Shown one piece after another: positions 1 through 12,715 of a stretch of DNA of 64,000 bases; positions within the stretch are counted from its first letter, which is position 1, and each line of letters begins with the position of its first letter. The stretch is taken from assembly GCA_951406725.2 (NCBI GenBank), contig OX597818.1:35960001-36024000 (forward strand), written 5' to 3'. The DNA is from Octopus vulgaris (Eukaryota). The notes beneath the pieces are model-generated. The model searched no databases. It saw nothing but the letters and a program-made list of their open reading frames with translations, and was not told the DNA's origin. The translations under genes were made by a program, and so were the position numbers.

Positions 1-161
1 AAGCAATAAAGGTATTAAAGATATTTAAGAAGATGTTCAACATCCCTATGTCACTGAGTTTGGGGAAAAAACGTGTTCCAATGTGCTTAAGAGAGATCAT
101 AAAATGGAGGGTGAAACCTATATGACCATTCAGTCTTTCCTCTAAACACAATGTATTTATA

Positions 162-323
162 GGCGTAGGAATGGTTGTGTTGTAAGTAGCTTGCTTACGA
201 ACCACATGGTTCCGGGTACAGTCCCACTGCGTGGCGCCTTGGGCAAGTGTTTTCTACTATAGCCTCGGGCCCACCAAAGCCTTATGAGTGGATTTGGTAG
301 ATGGAAACTGAAAGAAGACCGTC

Positions 324-377
<54 letters not shown>

Positions 378-590
378 TTGTGTGTCTGTGTTTGCCCCCC
401 CCCCCAACATCGCTTGATAACCGATGGTGGTGTGTTTACGTCCCCGTAACTTAGCGGTTCGGCAAAAGAGATCGATAAAATAAAGTACTAGGCTTACAAA
501 GAATAAGTTCTGGGGGTCGATTTGCTCGACTAAAGGCGGTGCTCCAGCATGGCCGCAGTCAAGTGACAAACAAGTAAAAGAGTAAAGAGA
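162..590 (+). mobile_element. SINE family B, full length (tRNA-like head, CORE-like CCTTGGGCAAGT, central TA/TG microsatellite, GTAAAAGA tail)
   Basis: Colinear with copies at 1020, 22452, 33612, 54241 and 62384; B-box-like GGGTACAGTCCC; ends in short tandem tail repeats. Confidence 0.85.
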
Positions 591-666
591 GTATTTAGAA
601 ATATATAATTCAATGTACCGTTTCTTGAGAAAAACTGCAGTGAGATTTTGGCTGCAATTTGTCAAA

Positions 667-880
667 GGCTGCAAGCTGGCAGAATCGTTAATGAATCGAA
701 TAAAGAAAATGCTTAGCAGCGCTTGTTCCAGCTCTTTACGTTTTGAATCCAAATGCCATCAAGGTCAACTTTGCTTTTCGTCCTTACGGGATCGATAAAA
801 TAAAGTACCAGCTTGTTAATGCCTTGACTGGGGTCGATGTAATCCACTGGCCCCATCTCCCTTGTGCCTAGTGTAGCCGG
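667..880 (+). mobile_element. SINE family A, diverged copy
   Basis: GGCTGCAAGCTGGCAGAATCGTTA head and GGTCAACTTTGCTTTTC...GATAAAATAAAGTACCAG body match other family A copies. Confidence 0.7.
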
Positions 881-1019
881 GATACATATAACCCCTGGTG
901 AGCCATATAAGGTTTTGTCGTTAAAATCTATGTGCACTAAAATGGGTTTACCTCTTCGATACACAAACTATTTTAACAACTTTATTTTTTCCTACATTTC
1001 AAAATAATATTTAATAATA

Positions 1020-1428
1020 GGCACAGGAGTGGCTGTATGGTAAGTAGCTTGCTTACCAACTACATGGTTCCGGGGTTCATTCCCACTGCCTGGCACCTTG
1101 GGTAAATGTCTTCTACTATAGCCTCGGGCCGACCAAAGCCTTGTGAGTGGATTTGTGAGTAGACGGAAACTGAAAGAAGCTCGTCGTATATATGTATATA
1201 TATGTATGTATGTGTGTTTATATGTTTGTGTGTCTGTGTTTGTCTCCCCAACATCGCTTGACAACAGATGCTGGTATGTTTTCGTCCCCGTAACTTAGGT
1301 GTTCGGCAAAAGAGGCCGATAGAATAAGTACTAGGTTTACAAAGAATAAATCCTGGGGTCAGTTTGTTCGACTAAAGGCGGTGCTCCAGCATGGCCGCAG
1401 TCAAATGACTGAAACAAGTAAAAGAGTA
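1020..1428 (+). mobile_element. SINE family B, full length
   Basis: GGCACAGGAGTGGCTGTATGGTAAG head through GACTGAAACAAGTAAAAGAG tail. Confidence 0.9.
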
Positions 1429-1599
1429 ATATAAATTCCACTGGATTTCTTTTTAAGGTGTTGAATGTCTATGAGGGTCCAGTAGAGTGAGAGAGGAGTC
1501 AAAGGGGACCATAGATGGATTTTTTTTAAAAAGGTGGGGGCTGGGAGCTACTCGCCTGGAAGCTCACCTGTTATGGCATTGGTGGTTGTGATAATGGAA

Positions 1600-2066
1600 A
1601 TGGTTTTGGTGGTGGTGGTAGAAGAAGAAGAAGAAGAAGAAGAAGAAGAAGAAGAAGAAGAAGAAGAAGAAGAAGAAGAAGAAGAAGAAAAAGAAGAAGA
1701 AGAAAAAGAAGGGAGGAAGAAGAAGAAAAGAAGGGAGGAAGAAGAAGAAAAGAAGGGAGAAAGAAGAAGAAAAGAAGGGAGGAAGAAGAAGAACAAGAAG
1801 AAGAAGGAGAAAATATAAAGAACACGAAGAAGAAAAAGAAGAAGAAGATTGGGAGAAAGAAGAAAAAGAAGAAAATAAAAAGAACACGAAGAAGAACAAG
1901 AAGGGGAGGAAGGTGAAGGAGAAGGTGATGAAGAAGATGAGGAAGAAGATGAGGAAGAAGAAGAATGGGAGAAAGAAGAAAAAGAAGAAAATAAAAAGAA
2001 CACGAAGAAGAACAAGAAGGGGAGGAAGGTGAAGGAGAAGGTGATGAAGAAGATGAGGAAGAAGAT

Positions 2067-2104
<38 letters not shown>

Positions 2105-2434
2105 AGAAGAAGAAGAAGAAGAAGAAGAAGAAGAAGAAGAAGAAGAAGAAGAAGAAGAAGAAGACCGGGAGGAGGAGGAGGTGGTGGTGGTAGTGGTGGA
2201 GCTGATGCCTACCCCTTCGAATATTACCTGTTCGTTGTGAGTTTTTTTTTTTTAAGGTCTCAGTATTAGAACCTCTCCGCTGATGACAGAGACACGATTG
2301 ACGCTACAAACAAGCAATGACTGCTGCTGCTGCTAATACTGCTGCTGTTGATGCTGCTGCTGCTGTTGCTGCTGATAAATATAATGATGCTTTTGTTTTT
2401 TTTTTATCAGAGGTAACAGCAACGACAACATCAT

Positions 2435-2466
<32 letters not shown>

Positions 2467-2759
2467 GTAGCAGCAGCAGCAGTCATCGCAGTCACTGCCT
2501 CCAACAGCTGCTGTTGTTGTTTTTGTTCTTTCTGCCGCTTCCATTGCTGATGGTGCTACCGTTGTTGTTGTTGTTGTTGTTGTTGTTAGAGATGTTGCTG
2601 TAGATTTTGTTGTTGTTGTTGATGTTGTTCGTGGAGGTGGTCGTGGCGGTGGTGGGGATGGAAGGAGTTGGTGATGGTCGTGGTCGTGGTGATGATGATG
2701 GTGGTGGTTGTGGTTGTGGTGCTCCTGCTGCTGCTGTTTTGGTCGACGACGACGACGAC

Positions 2760-2808
<49 letters not shown>

Positions 2809-3013
2809 GTGATGGTAATGATGACGACGACGATGATGATGATGATGATGGTGATAGTAATGATGATGACAATGGTGATGATGAAGATGATGCTGCTGCT
2901 GATAGTGATGACGATGATGGTGGTAATGATAATGATGATGATGATGATGATGATGATGATGGTAATGATGACGACGATGATGTTGATAGTGATCACGATG
3001 ATGATGATGATGG

Positions 3014-3083
<70 letters not shown>

Positions 3084-3200
3084 CTTTGTTACGCTGTAAC
3101 TGGTTATGTTGATGTTGATATAATGCTTTCTGCTTCTGTTGTTGTTACTGTTGTTCTTCTAACAGCAGATGATGTTGTTGTTGTTATTGTTTTTGTTGAT
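1600..3200. repeat. Compound trinucleotide microsatellites (GAA)n, (GCT/CAG)n, (GTT)n, (GAT/GAC)n, with a short tandem duplication at about 1850-2070
   Basis: Direct reading; these give the poly-E/D/S/M ORFs. Confidence 0.95.
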
Positions 3201-3204
3201 ATGA

Positions 3205-3535
3205 GAAGGCACGTGGCTCAGTGGTTAGGGTGTTCGGCTCACGATCGTGCGGTCGTGAGTTCGGATCCAGGCATGATGTCGTGTCCTTGAACAAGACACT
3301 TTACTTCACGTTGCTCCTGTCCACTCAGCTGGCAAAAATTAAGGAGTAACTGTAATTCAAAGGGCCAGTCTTGTCACTTTTCCGTGCCATGCTGAATCTC
3401 CCTGAGAACTATGTTATGGCTACGCGTGTCTGTGGAGTACTCGGCCACTTTCGTGTTACTATCAGGACCATTGGCTGTTCCATTGGTTGGATCAAAATGG
3501 AACCTTCGTCGTCTTAACCGACGGAATGCCAGTGT
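3205..3535 (+). mobile_element. SINE family E (tRNA-derived head, GTGTCCTTGAACAAGACACTT domain)
   Basis: A box TGGCTCAGTGG and B-box-like GAGTTCGGATCC; an antisense copy lies at 20320-20620. Confidence 0.75.
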
Positions 3536-3595
3536 TTTTGTTGTTGCTGTTGTTGTTACTGTAATTGTTGTTGTTGTTGTTGTTGGTGGTGGTGG

Positions 3596-3638
<43 letters not shown>

Positions 3639-3781
3639 TAAGATGATGTTGTTTGTTATTAGCGATCACGAAAATTGTTACTCGAAGACTGAGTAATTTC
3701 AGTCTTGTGACTCGGAAATATCAATGAAACATGTCGATCACCACCATCACTACGAACAGCAGCAACAACAACAGCAGTGGT

Positions 3782-3813
<32 letters not shown>

Positions 3814-3877
3814 AAGCAGCAGCAGCAGCAGCTATGAACCAGCCACACCTCTCCAACACTACCAGCGCAACTAACAG

Positions 3878-4977
3878 GCGTCACGAGGGAATCTATGCGT
3901 GGTAACTTGACTTGCTAGAAATAGCAGCTAAAACTCACTGAACTCGTACCTACCTCGTTCATCTTGGAAACAAAGGGGAAAGGGATGTGGTGCATAATAC
4001 AGCCCCGGGTTCCTTAAAATATAGGAAAAGAAAAAAAAAAGTGGCTAATTCGGGGTTTAAACAACATAAATAAGAGTACGTGCACCATCAACACCAACAT
4101 CATAATGTTGTTACCGTTGTTATCGTCAGTGTCATTGACGTTGTCGTCGCCGTTCTCCTCCTCTTCTTCTTTCTCCTGTTCCTCCTCCTCTTCCCTCTCG
4201 TCATCATCATCATCATCTTTGTTTTTTGAAAAGACAATATCAGTTTAAAAAAAAAATTCACCACCACCGCCACCATCAGCACCAAATTCACCACCACCAC
4301 AACCACCATCACCATCACTACCACCATCACCACCACCGACACAGTCACCACCACCACCACCACCAACACCACATCACTGCATAACGCTGTATCCAGCCAG
4401 CGATGCGTGGAGGGCTCTACGTGGTTGTGCAAACTGTTAGAAATAGCAACCAACTCTCTTTCAGATAAACACCTCACCAACTTACAAGAGAATATGTTGG
4501 AAAACGCTGGCCTGAGTTTCATACACATCGAGAAAAAAGCAGGATGGTGACCTCAGGAAGCCTTTTGATCATAAGTCTGCTCCTTCAGAGCCTACCCGGG
4601 GCTAAATAGCACAAAAATGAATATTATATTGTGACCCTTACATTGATACAAGCCCATATAGTTTGCAATGTGGTGACCCATCCCTGTTACGGTTCTTCTC
4701 CAGATTTTATCGACTCCAGTAGAACAATATGAAAGTCCGACTGAAGCTGGATTCGAACTCGCAATGCCGAAAGATGGAATCTCTATATTGTTTAGCGCTC
4801 TCTACCCTACCATGTATTACGTAATGATAGTTGTTGTTGTTGTTATTGGCTTTTGCTGCTGCTGCTGCTGTTGTTGTTGATGATGATGATGGTGATGATG
4901 ATGATGATGATGATGACGACGACGATGATGACGATGACGACGACGACGATGATGATGATGATGATGACGATGATGAC

Positions 4978-5019
<42 letters not shown>

Positions 5020-5870
5020 AATGACGATGATGACGATGACGATCATGATGTGGTAGTGATTTTTCGTTCCATGCCAGCCCCGTCCGGTCGAGCAAACATA
5101 TGATCCATGGCGCTCCGGCCGTGACCTTTCCTACTTTTCTTTTCTTTAAATTTTTTTTTTTGTTTTTTTGTATATGTCAGACATAGCAATCAAATTTTCT
5201 GTCAGGTGACACCGACTACCGACCACAAAAGTTTTTGAATCTAATTAGATAATTAATTAATTAATTCTTAGAAATAATAGGGCAGAGAAAATAACAGACT
5301 GGATATTTTGCTTGCAAAAGTCGAAATGGTCGCGGATGGAATACCTCCAACAATAAGTACTTTTACATAGCGTTAAACAAGAACTACAACAATATTTTGC
5401 ACCAGTATCTTCACAAGCAGGAGCCAACGAGTAATCGCTTACGTTGTCACACAATCTGCTAGAAATAAGAGCCAAAACTTACTCAAATTTCGTACCGTTG
5501 ATTTACATAAGGAAAGGGTTTATTACATAATGTAGTCCTACATAGCAATGAATGGGATGGTCACGAATGGAATGCATTTGATGAAGGATTGTTCTATCAA
5601 GGTCGACTAGGGAAACGAGCTATAATTATCACGAGTTAAAAATGGGGCTTCTACGTGGTCGTTCTATCTGCTAGAAATAGCAGCCAAATAACATTGAAAA
5701 GGCTCTTTAGTGTATCTGAAAATGAATATATTAGATTATGTCTCCAATGTGGCCCGGAAGAGGTTTAAAGGAAGAATAGAAAAAAAATGACGTGGTGGTC
5801 ACGGCTGTTATTTCTTTTGGTCATCAAGCTGCTTGACAAGAACGACTTAGGGTTAAGAAAATCCACTGAT
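3878..5870 (+). mobile_element. Cluster of old family C repeats (about 3878-4070, 4398-4615, 5424-5620, 5640-5860; antisense part at 5060-5135)
   Basis: Recurrent modules in the same order: CTAGAAATAGCAGCCAAA ... GGATGGTCAC ... TTTGATCATAAGTCTGCT ... GGGGCTAAA(CAAC). Confidence 0.65.
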
Positions 5871-5899
5871 AACAGCAAGACAATTGTTAACTATCATTA

Positions 5900-6800
5900 G
5901 CTCTAACATCAGTGTTATCACCACCACCACCATCACCACCAACAATACCCCCACCATCACCACCACCACGATAACAACCACTACAACAATAACCACTACA
6001 ACCACCACCACCACTACCAGCACCACCATCACCACCACCATCAATATCACCACCAGCACCACTACCAGTACCCTTAACCGCCACTACCACCACCACCATC
6101 ACCACCACCACCATCACACCCGTCAACATCACTACCACCACCATCATCACTACCAACACCACCACCACAACCGATACCATCACCCCCGTCAACATCACCA
6201 CCACCACCATCACCACTACCACCACCACCACAACTACCACCACCACCTCCACCACCACCACCATCACCACCAACACCAGCACCCCCGTCATCATCACTAG
6301 CATCACCATCACCACTTCCACCACCACCAACACCACCACCACAACCGATACCATCACCCCCGTCAACATCACCACTACCACCATCACCACTACCATCAAC
6401 ACCACAACTACCACCACCACCGCCACCACCACCACCATCACCACCAACACCATCACCCCCGTCAACATCACTAGCATCACCATCACCACTTCCACCACCA
6501 CCAACACCACCACCACAACAGATACCATCACCCCCGTCAACATCACCACTACCACCATCACCACTACCATCACCACCACAACTACCACCACCACCATCAC
6601 CACCAACACCATCACCCCATCAACATCACCACTACAACCACCACCAACACCAACACCACCACCACAACCAATACCATCACCCCCGTCAACAGCACTACCA
6701 TCACCCTCACCGCCACTACATCACCACTGACACCATCACCACCACCAACACCAACACCAAAGTCACCGTATCTACCACTATCTCCACCAACACCCATATG
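5900..6800. repeat. (CAC/CAT/CAA)n tract with a higher-order repeated unit containing CCCCGTCAACATCAC
   Basis: Direct reading. Confidence 0.9.
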
Positions 6801-6971
6801 AAACAATACCAGCACCAATACCACTGTTCCTCTTATAGTTCCTTCCACTTCCTCTTCGTTTCCTCACATGACCAAACCTGTTATAAAAAAAATTATCTCT
6901 ATTCAATGGAATTTTTTTTTTAATTTACAATGCCTTTCATCTTTTCTTCCGCCTTCTCCCTCTCCCTCTCC

Positions 6972-7010
<39 letters not shown>

Positions 7011-7185
7011 CACATTTGAGTGTGTGTGCGTGTGTGTGTTATGTAGATACATACACACACATATATATATATATACATATATATTATATAATATAAAATT
7101 TATGATATATATATATATATACATGTATACACTCCACATCCATATATATATGTTTATATATATACATACATATATATATATATAT

Positions 7186-7226
<41 letters not shown>

Positions 7227-7300
7227 CATGCATATATCCTTAAATCCTTAAAAATGGTTTAGCCCGAAGGACGCGGCCATGCTGGGGCACCACCGCTGAC

Positions 7301-7355
<55 letters not shown>

Positions 7356-7433
7356 CATACATGCATATATCCTTAAATCCTTAAAAATGGTTTAGCCCGA
7401 AGGACGCGGCCATGCTGGGGCACCACCGCTGAC

Positions 7434-7494
<61 letters not shown>

Positions 7495-7671
7495 ATAATA
7501 TGTTACAATTATTCAATAGTCAAGATAAAACTCTGAGTTAAAGAGGGACAGAGGGACAGATAGAGAGAGAGAAAGAAAGAGGGAGAGAAGTATATAAAAA
7601 AAAATTGGAGGTGTATGTATGAATGGATAAACACACAAACACATATATATATAGAGAAATGCAAAAGTCAT

Positions 7672-7753
7672 CGCTGCGGGCAGGATTCGAACCTGCGCGG
7701 GTACAACCCATTGGATTTCAAGTCCAACGCCTTAACCACTCGGCCACCACAGC
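7672..7753 (-). tRNA. tRNA-Ser-TGA: tRNA-Ser(UGA)
   Basis: 82 nt; reverse complement is GCTGTGGTGGCCGAGTGGTTAAGGCGTTGGACTTGAAATCCAATGGGTTGTACCCGCGCAGGTTCGAATCCTGCCCGCAGCG. It folds into a full cloverleaf with a long variable arm, G discriminator and a downstream TTTT. Confidence 0.95.
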
Positions 7754-7774
7754 TGTTGAATGGCAGAGCGTGTG

Positions 7775-7860
<86 letters not shown>

Positions 7861-8102
7861 CATATATGTACATATATATATACATATATATATACATATA
7901 TATACATATATACATACATATATACATATATATATACATATATATATATATACATACATATATACATATATATACTTATATATATATATATATGCATATA
8001 TATACATATATATATATATACATACATATATATACATATATATATATGTATATATATATGTATATATATGCATATATATATAAGTATATATAATTATATA
8101 TG

Positions 8103-8151
<49 letters not shown>

Positions 8152-8281
8152 ATATGTATCTATATATATATATATATGTATGTATATATATATATACACA
8201 CACATATATATATATATGTATGTATATATATATATATGTATATATGTATATGTATATATATACACGTTCTGCCGTTCAGCA

Positions 8282-8363
8282 GCTGTGGTGGCCGAGTGGT
8301 TAAGGCGTTGGACTTGAAATCCAATGGGTTATACCCGCGCAGGTTCGAATCCTGCCCGCAGCG
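8282..8363 (+). tRNA. tRNA-Ser-TGA: tRNA-Ser(UGA)
   Basis: Acceptor stem GCTGTGG/CCGCAGC; anticodon arm TTGGA-CTTGAAA-TCCAA with TGA at 8315-8317; variable arm GGGTTATACCC; T arm GCAGG-TTCGAAT-CCTGC; TTTT at 8369-8372. Confidence 0.95.
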
Positions 8364-8449
8364 ATGACTTTTGCATTTCTATATATATATATGTGTGTGT
8401 GTGTGTTTATACATTCATACATACACCTCCAATTTTTTTAATATACATA

Positions 8450-8649
8450 ACTCCCTCTTTCTTTCTCTCTATCTCTATCTCTCCCTCTGCCCCTCTTTAA
8501 CCCTCACGTTCCCAGTCACTCCCTAAATTTTTCCTGTCTTTCTGTTTTCACTTCCTCTTTATTACCCTTCCTGTGAGTGAGCCATCCTTCTCTCTCACTC
8601 TTGTCATCCCCATTCTCCCTCCTCCCTCACCCTCATTCTCTGCCTTTAC

Positions 8650-8687
<38 letters not shown>

Positions 8688-8717
8688 GTCCCACTGCGTC
8701 TCTCTGTTTCTGTCTGC

Positions 8718-8771
<54 letters not shown>

Positions 8772-9089
8772 TTGCTTCTTTTAGTTTCTCTGCTTCTAAA
8801 TTGTTTTTCGCTTAATGCACTTCTCACTTTCTCACTCTCTCTCTCTCCCTGCCACTCTCTCCTTTTTGTCCCTCTTTGTCTCTTTCTATCACTCAATTTC
8901 TGTTATTTTCTCCCACACTTCACCACTGTTTTCACTTATCTTATTCACGTTTTCTTTCTCTCTTTCTCTCTCCCCTTCTCCCCTCGCTCTTTCTCAAAAC
9001 CTTTCTCTAACTTTTCTCTGTATCTAACTTTAAATCTTTCCTTTACCTATTCCTCTTTCTAACTCCCTATAACTTTACCTTTCTTTCGT

Positions 9090-9132
<43 letters not shown>

Positions 9133-10680
9133 CTATCTCTCTTTCTTTCTGCCTCTCTGTCACCCTCTTTCCTTTTATAATATTCTCTCTCTTCCTAAAT
9201 CTCACGTCAACTTTCATGTATTCAGTAAAAATTTCTTCTCCCTTCAGAAACTGAGTTTTCCCCTAACCTCTCTCTCTTTCTCTTTCTATATCTTTCTCTC
9301 TCTCTCATTCTTTCTCTCTCTCATTCTCTCTCTTTCTCTTTCTATATCTTTCTCTCTCTCATTCTTTCTCTCTCTTTCTCTTTCTCTCTCTCTCTCTTTA
9401 TCTCTCAATCTCTCTTCCCCTTTCCTTCTCTCTGTTTATTTCTCTCTCTTCCTCTCTCTTTCTCTCTCACTCTTTTTTCCTCTCTCTCTCTTTCTTTCTC
9501 CTTCACTCTCTCACTCTTTCTCTTTCTTTCTTTTCCTCCCTCACTCTCTCATTCTTTCTCTCTTTCTCTTTCTCTCTCTCTTTCTCACTCTCTCTTTATC
9601 TCTCAATCTCTCTTTCCCTTTCCTTCTCTCTATTTATTTCTCTCTCTTTTTCTCTCTTTCTCTCTCACTCTTTTTTCTTCTCTCTCTCTTTCTTCTCCTT
9701 CACACTTTCTCACTCTCTCTCTTTCTCTCTTTTCCTCCCTCACTCTCTCATTCTTTCTCTCTTTCTCTTTCGCTCTCTTTCCCTTTCTTTCTCTTTCACT
9801 CTCTCTCTTTCTCTCTTTCCCTCTCTCAATCTCCCTCACTCTCCCATTCTTTCTCTTACCCTCTCTTTCCCTCTCTTCCCCTATCTTTCTCTCATTCACT
9901 CACTCCCCCTCCTTTCTTTCTCGTCACACATTTCATTCTCTCTCCCTTGATCGCTCTCACTTCCTTTCACATTCCGTCTCTTTCTCCTCCTCTCTAGTAA
10001 TTTTACTTCTTTTTCACTAAATCTTCCATTACCTTTAGTCAATATATTTGCCTGTTTATCTCCCTCCCCCGCTCGGTCTCTCTACCCTCTCTGTCTCTCT
10101 CCCCTTTTTCTCTCTCCCCCACTCTGTCTCTCTCCCCCTCACTGTGTCTCTCCTCCTCCCTGTCTCTCTCTCCCCCTCCCTGTCTCTCTCTCCCCCTCTG
10201 TCTCTCTCTCCCTATGTCTCTCTCCCTTCTCTCCCTCTCTCCCTCTCATTGTCTCTCTTCCCCTCTCTGTCTCTCTCCTTATCTCTGTCTCTCTTCCCCT
10301 CTCTGTCTCTCTCCTTATCTCTGTCTCTCTTCCCCTCTCTGTCTCTCTCCCCCTCACTCTCTCTCTCCCCCTCTCATTGTCTCTCTCCCCTTCTCTGTCT
10401 CTCTTCCCCTCTCTGTCTCTCTTCCCCTCTCTGTCTCTCTCTCCCTCACTCTCTCTCTCCCCCTCTCTGTCTCTCTTCCCTTCTCTGTCTCTCTCCCCTC
10501 TCTGTCTCTCTCCCCTCTTTGTCTCTCTTCCCCTCTCTGTCTCTCTCTCCCCCTCACTCTCTCTCTCCCCCTCTGTCTCTCTCCCCCACTCTGTCTCTCT
10601 CCCTCGCAGCCACTTTCTGTTTGTCTATCTTTCTGCCCGCCTATCTTTCTCTTATATCTTTTAACTTCAGTCTTTCATCT
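8450..10680. repeat. About 2.2 kb strongly pyrimidine-biased (CT-rich) tract with a CTGTCTCTCTTCCCCTCT-type minisatellite
   Basis: Plus strand is dominated by C/T. Confidence 0.9.
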
Positions 10681-10907
10681 GTTTTACGCATTGAACTACC
10701 GTCATGCTGGGAGTCACCTCGTGAAGGATTTTAATTCACCCTGCGAACTTATATTTTATTTCTGTTTCTCTTTCTAGTTTGGTACTTATCCTATCGAATA
10801 CTTTTGCCGAACCATGTGTGTGTGTATGTTAACACCAGGGAATATAATTCCAAACTTACAGGGAAAAATTCCGTTTAGCTATTCTAAATCAAATTTCACA
10901 ATTTCTT

Positions 10908-11913
10908 TATATATATATATAAAACTGAGAATGTGTGTCTGTCTGTCTGTGTGTTTCCGTAAAACTTGAGAACTACACAACCAATTTCATTCAAATTTTA
11001 CACATGCCTTACTTAGGGTCCATGTAGTATCATGGGCAAAAAAAAATGTTCAACTTCTTGCCTAGAGCGAGCCCATAGCAATATCATATCTTCTCCACTA
11101 TTTCAGTATTACGTATTAAAAGTGAAACAAAAACATTTCTCTATTTTATGTCAGATACTTTCTCTTTAATAATAAAAATAATAATAACAATTGAATTATA
11201 TGTAGTAAGTAATAATTAAAATCAAACTAAAGTATAATATAATTGTAACATAACAAAAGTAAAAATAGCAATTGGTATAAAATTGCATCAATGACTTGAA
11301 CTTGAATAAGTGGTTTCACATGAATGGGAATAAATTAAAAATAAAATTAGCGTGCAGAAATGGAATAGTCCAGATGGATAATAAAAAATTAAATTAAAGA
11401 AAAGACTATTGTCTATAAAGTATACAATGTAGAGAAAAAAGAAGATTTGAACATATGGAGGAAAGCACCTTCGAAAAGTGTCTTGGTGCGACTATGAAAG
11501 ATATCTAATCAGAGGCGGTAAATTCGCCACAATAGAAGCAAGGTTCGAGTCAACGGAGCGTGCAAGGGAGTACTCGACTCGAACTTGCAAAGTGGAAATA
11601 TTTTATTTTTACTATTATATCTGGGACGTAGAACGTCCCGGAAAAAAATTTTAAATGAAGAAGTAGAGGTAGGCTGGATTGTAGCCACACTTCTAATGGA
11701 TCGAAATTGATCCAATTGATCGAAATTGCAAGAGACGGGCCTACAATTCCAGTCTGTTATATATTTTGAGTATTGTTATCACTAGCGATATCAAGATATA
11801 ACTTTGTATTTTGTATTTTATGTGTAGATGTACATGTAATATGTACACATATATATACACATATATACATGCACTAGCACTACAACTAGGCAACGACGGG
11901 TCTTTAATGCTAG
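10908..11913 (+). mobile_element. Non-autonomous Helitron-like element
   Basis: Starts TATATATAAAACTGAGAATG(TGTC)n; ends GGCAACGACGGG...GCTAG|T with CTAG at 11910-11913. The subterminal hairpin is degenerate. Confidence 0.55.
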
Positions 11914-12064
11914 TATGTATATAATTGAGAGAAATAACCTCTATTACGTAATTCAATGGTGAAAGACATTATCCATGCCATACAGAAAAAAATTAAATAT
12001 ACTATAATAAATATTATTCTAAAAATCACTAAATTAAATAAACATATATGTATATATATATATG

Positions 12065-12104
<40 letters not shown>

Positions 12105-12286
12105 ATAATTTACAGAAAACAAAAGATGAAGGAACAAGAAGCATGTGTATTAGTTTAACACTCAGGAAGAATGAAATAATGATAATCAAGTACAACAGGA
12201 ACTAAAGAATCACGAAGAACTCACCCACAGTGGTATCGTTCCATCCACTTAGGAGGATGTAAACTAGGTTTTGTCCGAAGAGAATC

Positions 12287-12715
12287 TATTTCTTTACTAC
12301 CCACAAGGGGCTAAACACAGAGGGAACAAACAAGAACAGACAAACTGATTAAGTCGATTACATCGACCCCAGTGCTCTAATTGGTACTTAATTTATCGAC
12401 CCCGAAAGGATGAAAGGCAAAGTCGACCTCGGCGGAATTTGAACTCAGAACGAAGTGGCGGACGAAATACCGCAAAGCATTTCGCCCGGCGTGCTAACGA
12501 TTCTTTTCTACTCTGGGCAAAAGGCCCGAAATTTTGCGGGAGGGGTCCAGTTGAATAAATAGACCCCAGTACCTAACTGATACTTAATTTATCGACTTCG
12601 AAAGGATGAAAGGCAAAGTCGACCTCGGCAGAATTTGAACTCAGAACAAAGTGGCGGACGAAATACTGCAAAGCATTTCGCCCGGCGTGCTAACGTTTCT
12701 GCCAGCTTCGCCGCG
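12287..12715 (-). mobile_element. SINE family A tandem dimer (two units with different 3' tails)
   Basis: Two copies of GAGTTCAAATTCCGCCGAGGTCGACTTTGCCTTTCATCC on the minus strand; GAGAATC flanks both ends. Confidence 0.85.

Noticed and set aside
3205-3270. tRNA-like heads (also near 1020, 39380, 48785, 51361) as tRNA genes
   Set aside because: They form no complete cloverleaf and run directly into repeated SINE bodies.
3914-3927. GCTAGAAATAGCA (also near 5670, 30781, 32978, 33570) matches part of the SpCas9 sgRNA scaffold
   Set aside because: Only about 13 nt match, without GTTTTAGA or AGTTAAAATAAGG; it is a module of the dispersed family C repeat.
8315-8317. TGA anticodon read as a selenocysteine or opal suppressor tRNA
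   Set aside because: Anticodon UGA decodes UCA (Ser); tRNA-Sec has anticodon UCA and a longer acceptor stem.
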